Below, piece after piece: positions 58,634-64,000 of a stretch of 64,000 nt of DNA. Made by a program: the position numbers and the translations under genes. Source of the DNA: a virus (taxonomy: Duplodnaviria > Caudoviricetes); IMG/VR virus record IMGVR_UViG_3300001525_000065, positions 45,712 through 109,711 of that record; one strand, given 5' to 3'. The notes beneath the pieces are model-generated. The model was not told the origin of the DNA. It ran no database searches and saw only the letters and a list, made by a program, of their open reading frames with translations. Within the stretch, counting starts at the first letter, position 1. Each line of letters opens with the position of its first letter.

Positions 58634-58682
58634 TGGTGGAGACCTAGAGGAGTGACCTCTAGTGCCATTACGAATGATCTCC
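58634..58682 (-). ncRNA. 49-nt tRNA-minihelix-like element ending in ACCA
   Basis: GGAGATC/GGTCTCC acceptor-like stem plus TAGAG-N7-CTCTA T-arm-like hairpin; no D or anticodon arm. Confidence 0.5.
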
Positions 58683-58717
58683 ATAAGTAGGATCTCTATT
58701 GATCCTACTGTATTCGA

Positions 58718-59515
58718 TTATTCACTAGGAATAGTAGCATTCAATACCTGACTACGATAATCAGAGTAGTATATGCCACTGTATCCCTTATTATACATTT
58801 CAATGTATGTATAATCAGAATAGCCAATTGATTGAGCATACTCACGCCATGTTATCAACTGACGTGCACTGACAATAATGTTAGTCATTATGTCGTAGAG
58901 ATTATATCCTGAAGAGATAACATAATCGTCATATGGATCATCCCATATAAGAAATTTATGATACCATCTTTCATTGATCTGGCATATACCATGATCACCA
59001 GTAGCTGATACTGCATATGGATTATAATTACTCTCAACTGCCATGATCTTCATCATGATATCTGGATCTAATCCATAATAAGTCGCTACTTCATATGCAC
59101 AATCATAAATGTGTTGAAGTGAATCATCTACGACTACTTCAGTCTCAATGACTTCTTCACTAGTTACTTCCATTGTGGATGATGCTTCTGTATCAATTAC
59201 CACCTCAGTAGTATCTGATGATACATCTGTTTCATCCTCCTGTACAGTAGATGGGGTATTAATCTGAGTCAGTTCAGATTCGTCTACTGCAGCCTCAGAA
59301 GAGATAGGATCTGCTACAATTCTACCTGCTCCTCTATAAGTTATTAACTGTTGAGTAGCAGTCTCTTCTGATGCATCTGCATCGCTTACTTCTTTAGTTA
59401 ACTCAGGACTTATGCTAGATTCATTTGCATTACCAATACTTTTGATGATTAGTAATATCAGCGATACAGACATCATGAAGCAACACACTGCTACAAGACC
59501 ATGTCTGTACTTCAT
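58718..59515 (-). CDS. membrane-anchored lytic transglycosylase (SLT domain)
   Basis: N-terminal TM segment, acidic linker, then VES.YNP.A, G..QIN, NI and YN.G motifs. Confidence 0.85.
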   Translation of the reverse strand: MKYRHGLVAVCCFMMSVSLILLIIKSIGNANESSISPELTKEVSDADASEETATQQLITYRGAGRIVADPISSEAAVDESELTQINTPSTVQEDETDVSSDTTEVVIDTEASSTMEVTSEEVIETEVVVDDSLQHIYDCAYEVATYYGLDPDIMMKIMAVESNYNPYAVSATGDHGICQINERWYHKFLIWDDPYDDYVISSGYNLYDIMTNIIVSARQLITWREYAQSIGYSDYTYIEMYNKGYSGIYYSDYRSQVLNATIPSE

Positions 59516-59589
59516 TTATTACTCCTTATCATTAGAATTATTTATATGATCATGATAGCCTCTCAATCTATCATGTTATTATTATGAAT

Positions 59590-59868
59590 CTATTTTCTGA
59601 GCTTAGGTGCCCATTTGCATATGAACTCAATAATACGTATCTGTGTAGGCATCTTCATAATTGCCTGAGATATGTCATAGAATTCATAGTCACGACTATT
59701 AGTAGTGATAGTAACTGACCTATCTCTATTGTAGGTTACTTGTATCCATGCTCCTGATCCTAGATTGAATCTAGCATAATCATATGTATTTCTAGCACTA
59801 TCAAGAACCTGACGAACCTGATTAAATGCTAATACATGACCAGTAGGCACTTCTACTACCTGCTTCAT
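59590..59868 (-). CDS. hypothetical protein
   Basis: Coupled ORF. Confidence 0.5.
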   Translation of the reverse strand: MKQVVEVPTGHVLAFNQVRQVLDSARNTYDYARFNLGSGAWIQVTYNRDRSVTITTNSRDYEFYDISQAIMKMPTQIRIIEFICKWAPKLRK

Positions 59869-60158
59869 TATGCTTCATTCTCCTTTCTGAGATCTCTATT
59901 GTATCTTCGTGATACAAGCTTATCTGCAAAATAGGATCCTTTATAGGATAAAGTATCCACAACCATAGCCCATACCAGATCATAGCTATTGAGAACTTGA
60001 CCTTTATAAAATCCAACCTGACATACGTGATTGAGCTCAGGCTTACTTATGGGAGCTATTCTTGAGATGCATCTCTCAGGATGACCATTCTCCTTGTTGT
60101 ACTGATTACATACTACCATAAGCTGTCTCAGCTTCTTGAGATATGTCTTTCTAGTCAT
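59868..60158 (-). CDS. hypothetical protein
   Basis: SD GGAGG downstream of a phage promoter. Confidence 0.55.
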   Translation of the reverse strand: MTRKTYLKKLRQLMVVCNQYNKENGHPERCISRIAPISKPELNHVCQVGFYKGQVLNSYDLVWAMVVDTLSYKGSYFADKLVSRRYNRDLRKENEA

Positions 60159-60186
60159 TTGAATTACCCTCCATTCGTCTTTCTGA

Positions 60187-60219
60187 ACTAGACTCGTTTA
60201 GTGATTATGAATTACTCGG
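60187..60219 (-). promoter_or_regulatory. phage-specific promoter motif
   Basis: CCGAGTAAT-N14-CGAGTCTAGT before the SD of 59868..60158. Confidence 0.75.
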
Positions 60220-60426
60220 ATAAATTCATAATTCATCAATAATCAATCATCTCTTAGTAGTTCCATGAACTTGCGGTATTTATTATAAAGATGGGCAATT
60301 CTCTCAAGGTCTGAATCATTAGCGGATTCTTGCTCTTGTCCTTTCTTCTCCTGTGAATCGTTATCAACAATGTACATTTTCATAATATCTGAGTCACTTA
60401 TTTAATACAATTAAAAATTAAATCTT

Positions 60427-60455
60427 AACAAGAAAGAAGAGGCTTTTGCCTCTTC
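60427..60455 (-). terminator. intrinsic terminator
   Basis: GAAGAGGC-AAAA-GCCTCTTC followed by TTTCTTGTT, directly after 60479..61213. Confidence 0.75.
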
Positions 60456-60478
60456 AATCTTGAGCAAGAGATCCTAGG

Positions 60479-61213
60479 TCAAGCGAGACAAGGATCTCCA
60501 CAGATCTGGGCATCTTCGAAGACGTAGCAACCATGATACTTGAAATCAGGACGACCAGAGATCTCAGAGCTGCCTATGCAGACAAAATCTCCAAGCTCTT
60601 CCGCCCAACCTTTGCCAGATACCTTAGAATCTCCAGAAATGTGAAGAAATCCTCTGATACGAAGATTTCCAGACACCTTAGCATTTCCAGAGACCTTGCT
60701 TACCTTGCCATACTTCTTGGCAATCTCAGGAGATTCAGGAGCAGATTCTCCTGAAAGATTCACTCGACCAGAGATACAAGAGTTTCCAGAGACCTCCAAG
60801 TCAAAGATCTCAGCAGCACCAGAGATCCTTGCAGAATCCTTGACGCAGCACCCAGGTCCAACACCTGCAGATCCAAAGATCGAAGCATTTCCAGAAACCT
60901 GGCATCCTCTACCAGAGACACTTGCACACCCGAAGACCTTTGCAGATCCAAATACCTGAGCTGTTCCAACAACCTCAGCATCCTGGAGAATCTGAGCATC
61001 TCCAAACACACAAGCAGAGAGGTCTTTGCCATCTGAGCTCAAAGTCCTGTAGATCCAGCAGGTTCCTTCGTGAGAAAGATTGCTTTCTTTCTCAACAAAG
61101 CCTCCGAGCTCCCCAGCCTTGACATCTCCAAAATCTCTCACAGCCTGGATTCTGTGCAAAATGCGCCCTCTGACTTCGCGAATTTCCTCTGTGATTTTGT
61201 ACTTTCTGTTCAT
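60479..61213 (-). CDS. hexapeptide-repeat (left-handed beta-helix) protein
   Basis: L.RI.A.RDFGDV..GELGG.VE.E.NLS..G.CW followed by [VI]xGxA repeats. Confidence 0.85.
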   Translation of the reverse strand: MNRKYKITEEIREVRGRILHRIQAVRDFGDVKAGELGGFVEKESNLSHEGTCWIYRTLSSDGKDLSACVFGDAQILQDAEVVGTAQVFGSAKVFGCASVSGRGCQVSGNASIFGSAGVGPGCCVKDSARISGAAEIFDLEVSGNSCISGRVNLSGESAPESPEIAKKYGKVSKVSGNAKVSGNLRIRGFLHISGDSKVSGKGWAEELGDFVCIGSSEISGRPDFKYHGCYVFEDAQICGDPCLA

Positions 61214-61302
61214 TTTGCCACCCTTTCTGTCTCAAGCCTAAAGCTTCCTGAGAGGCTCTCAAGGGCACTCAAGAGCCTCACAGAAGCTCTCCTTACACTT
61301 AT

Positions 61303-61331
61303 ATTATAAACAAAATCAGCAAAATTTGCAA
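61303..61331 (-). promoter_or_regulatory. sigma-A / sigma-70-type promoter
   Basis: TTGCAA-N17-TATAAT upstream of 60479..61213. Confidence 0.75.
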
Positions 61332-61455
61332 AACTGATCAAGAGCAATTAGAGGCAACTAGAAGCAAATAAGAGCGAATATTCCAAAATAAAGCCTTGCT
61401 TTCAGCCTTTTTCAACGTTTTTCGGCTCTTTTCAACTTTTAACGCTTAGAGCCAA

Positions 61456-62148
61456 TTATTTCCTATTAACACCCATCAGAGCAGACACAGAATCTCCTAG
61501 AGATTCAACATCTTCTAGAACAGACTCTTGTTCAGCTTCTGACAAGCAATGCATATATTCTACACAGATAAATCCAATAGGTAACTCAGAGATTATATCA
61601 TGGGTAGCTATGAAGCATGCAGCACTAGAGCTATGATTCTTCAGAGTACCATAAGTCAAAAGAGTATTATCTAGCTTTTCTATGTCAGGAATCAGCCAGT
61701 GACTATCTTCTTGTAGCTTCTTATGCAAAAATACATAACTACTTCTCTGTACATCTTTGAACTCATTTATAATTCTAGCAAGACCTGGAGCAACTGCTTC
61801 AGCAATAACTGTCATACGCTGAAATGGAATACCTACTAGATTATGACCACCATTGTGATACATAATGACACTTATTCTAGCGGCATTCATTTCTACTCTA
61901 GTCTTTTCTATGAGAGCTTGTAGCGTAGCATACTCTTCGTCATACTTACTATATTCTTCAGTACTAATTGGATGAGAAGGCACTTTATCTAGATTCTCCT
62001 CTATAGCTTTCTTACAACTCTCAGTTATTATATCTTGATACTTATTCTTATCTCTTATGAGAATCAATAGTAGTATAATAGCTAGCACTATGGCTAATCC
62101 ATAGTTAGTAGATAATTTCACTATTGATTCAATTGTACCCATATCCAT
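61456..62148 (-). CDS. putative holin (T4 gpT-like: one TM segment plus a GAF-like domain)
   Basis: N-terminal TM helix, then A.RISV..YHNG…F..M….E…G and IGFI..EY. Confidence 0.55.
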   Translation of the reverse strand: MDMGTIESIVKLSTNYGLAIVLAIILLLILIRDKNKYQDIITESCKKAIEENLDKVPSHPISTEEYSKYDEEYATLQALIEKTRVEMNAARISVIMYHNGGHNLVGIPFQRMTVIAEAVAPGLARIINEFKDVQRSSYVFLHKKLQEDSHWLIPDIEKLDNTLLTYGTLKNHSSSAACFIATHDIISELPIGFICVEYMHCLSEAEQESVLEDVESLGDSVSALMGVNRK

Positions 62149-62235
62149 AACAATTATGTTATATAACTAATAATCAGTTATTCCTTTCATTTGTAATACC
62201 TCCATAAATAATTTGTTAAACAAATTATGTATAAA

Positions 62236-62763
62236 TTACTTATACATAAGAATATTCTCCCATGCAGCAGCATACTCATCTGGACTATAAGATGTATCTG
62301 TCTTACATCTATACATCTTATTATTGAAAATCATGTATTCATCAGTATGATACATATCATGAGCTCCAGTTGGATGGACAAATTCTCTAGCAGTAATCTG
62401 AGATTTACCATGTAATGGTCTGTTGAATGTGTACCATGCTGCATTATTAGGATTTATATCTGGATAAGTGTCATTATTATATGCTTGATAACACTCCCAT
62501 ACTTGATCATTAGCTGTATAAGTTTCGCCTACTGCATGATTACCTAATGACCATACAGGATATAATGACTGTAGCTCTATCTTCTCATCATTAGAGAATT
62601 CCAGAATAGAACTATTAGAATTCAATAACTTGGATATTACTTTCATCATAGGTTCCAATGATGAATAGCTAAAATCAGTAGGCATGCATACTGCTTTCTC
62701 ATTCATCTCCGCTACTTCTGCAGGAGTTAATTCTCTTATAACTCCATTCTCACATATCTTCAT
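62236..62763 (-). CDS. carbohydrate-binding-module (CBM5/12-like) tail-associated protein
   Basis: YP.W…VG…W.C.Q and PTGAHD.Y….Y.C…..YSP..Y...W motifs. Confidence 0.65.
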   Translation of the reverse strand: MKICENGVIRELTPAEVAEMNEKAVCMPTDFSYSSLEPMMKVISKLLNSNSSILEFSNDEKIELQSLYPVWSLGNHAVGETYTANDQVWECYQAYNNDTYPDINPNNAAWYTFNRPLHGKSQITAREFVHPTGAHDMYHTDEYMIFNNKMYRCKTDTSYSPDEYAAAWENILMYK

Positions 62764-63092
62764 TCTCTATCACCCATCTCTTCTATTATTGAGAGACCAT
62801 AGGCTACTGCAGCATCATGCTCTATTCTGCACCCACGCGCGTTTTCCCAGCCTTTGCAGAAGTACACGGCATGGCAAAGACTCATGTTCTCCAAGGATTT
62901 CGCCAAGAAGCAAAGCGGCGGATTTGCGACACCACGCTTTTGCATGGACTCTTTGCTGTACCACTCGTCGGTGAACAGCGTGTTCACCACTTCGTATCCC
63001 GCATTTTCTAATGCTGATATCGCATGATTTCTCGCGGTGATGATCTCTTCTTCGGACTTTCCTGCCATTGGCTGACTTATCATAGCTTTCAT
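62760..63092 (-). CDS. DUF4406-like (nucleoside deoxyribosyltransferase fold) protein
   Basis: ISQPM.GK..EEI…L..SL..M…..F..GWE.ARGCRIEH..A..YG. Confidence 0.75.
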   Translation of the reverse strand: MKAMISQPMAGKSEEEIITARNHAISALENAGYEVVNTLFTDEWYSKESMQKRGVANPPLCFLAKSLENMSLCHAVYFCKGWENARGCRIEHDAAVAYGLSIIEEMGDRE

Positions 63093-63982
63093 TATCGTCC
63101 TCCTATTAAAATTCGTGATCCTATAGGTAATTCTACATCTAGGTGAAAAAGGATACCTGAATGAATCTGTAATGGAGCATAGTTACTGTCAAAATAGCAC
63201 ATTCGATCAATGGTTGCAGCAGTCCTTGGAATGTCATGCAAACTCGGAGCAGTTCCAGAGATTGATATTGAGAATAGCTTACACCAAAAACCTCCCGTAT
63301 CATCTTTACTAATAGTGATTTGTTTCAAGTAAGAATAATCAGAACCAACTATTCTCCAGTTTGTTAATGTAGAACCATGTTCCATTATCGTTGATGAATA
63401 CGTGCAGCTAACGGCTGTCTCTGCTTTTGGAACTGCCAGAGAAATAATAAAATCTGTATATGCAGCCATATCATCTGTCAATGAAACCAATACTGTTGCA
63501 GCTTCAGCGAGTGTCTGATCATACACAATATTATATGCACCACTACTTATAGTAGGCTTATTAGTCAGATCATCATAACTACCAGAGAAATTAGATGTAC
63601 CAGCACCTATATTAGTTCTAGCCTGAGACTTCTGTTCATCTGTAAGATCTTGAGCAGTATATAGTACTGCATCTGATGAACCTCCACCACCTGATCCTGG
63701 AGCAGTGTATAGTCTACCAGCACCATCAACACCTACTGCTTGAGTCATATCACTAGACTTACTAACTGGCATGACTCCACCTAGAATTGTAGGTGTAGCA
63801 ATAGGTAATGTATAAGATGGAGCAGAAGTACTACCACCTGGAGCTATTATCTTATCATAGGTCACCTGACCATTCTTAAGCAGCATAGATCCAGATTGAT
63901 TGTCACACAGTTTAAGACCTCCACCTAAGTATGGTTTTATTTGTATATCTCCATTATTGTCCACTGATAGAATAGCCTTCAC
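63092..63982 (-). CDS. tail fibre-like protein
   Basis: YTLP.AT...LGGV, Q.LT..QK.QAR.NIGA and FSGSY.DL.NKP fibre motifs. Confidence 0.65.
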   Translation of the reverse strand: MKAILSVDNNGDIQIKPYLGGGLKLCDNQSGSMLLKNGQVTYDKIIAPGGSTSAPSYTLPIATPTILGGVMPVSKSSDMTQAVGVDGAGRLYTAPGSGGGGSSDAVLYTAQDLTDEQKSQARTNIGAGTSNFSGSYDDLTNKPTISSGAYNIVYDQTLAEAATVLVSLTDDMAAYTDFIISLAVPKAETAVSCTYSSTIMEHGSTLTNWRIVGSDYSYLKQITISKDDTGGFWCKLFSISISGTAPSLHDIPRTAATIDRMCYFDSNYAPLQIHSGILFHLDVELPIGSRILIGGR

Positions 63983-64000
63983 TACTCGATTGCTATCTCG

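Noticed and set aside
61240-61292. Seventh copy of the 120-bp repeat
   Set aside because: It has a similar ~11-bp periodic look but lacks the core and the conserved ends.
3913-63011. Plus-strand ORFs in the track
   Set aside because: All are short antisense shadows of longer minus-strand genes and show no recognisable motifs.
40158-63982. Diversity-generating retroelement targeting the fibres
   Set aside because: No reverse transcriptase and no template/variable repeat pair were seen in the window.
1-64000. Genome-wide TAG recoding (genetic code 15)
   Set aside because: Very long ORFs (up to 1699 aa) contain no TAG, TAG ends several genes normally, and amber readthrough alone would not restore the terL frame.

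Overview
A 64-kb segment of a large, AT-rich tailed phage with a T4-like contractile-tail morphogenesis module. A dockerin-bearing GH25 lysin, a sigma-A-type promoter and strong AGGAGG ribosome-binding sites suggest a Firmicute/clostridial host. Essentially all genes are on the minus strand. From 1 to 32.4 kb lie the baseplate, tape measure, tail tube and sheath, neck, putative internal head proteins, major capsid protein (MCP), protease/scaffold, portal and the C-terminal half of terminase (TerL). From 32.7 to 64 kb lie accessory genes, tail fibres, lysis genes, an aGPT-Pplase1 DNA-modification gene, PemK-like genes and a tRNA/ncRNA cluster. Main observations: (1) the MCP gene is split into six exons by five ORF-less group I introns and splices by hand to a clean 443-aa gp23-like protein. 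(2) TerL-C is preceded by an unannotated split-intein C-fragment, and no TerL-N/IntN gene is present in the window. (3) A 10-nt stop-flanked gap (TAGATCATGA) breaks the frame exactly after the intein +1 Cys. (4) The P1 loop of MCP intron 5 is complementary to both flanks of that gap, suggesting an intron-derived guide RNA that repairs or recodes terminase mRNA in trans. Also seen: a probable +1 frameshift in the tail chaperone, six ~120-bp periodic palindromes, an 8-copy phage promoter and unusual tRNA-like RNAs. All protein calls are by motif recognition and synteny; no database searches were run.
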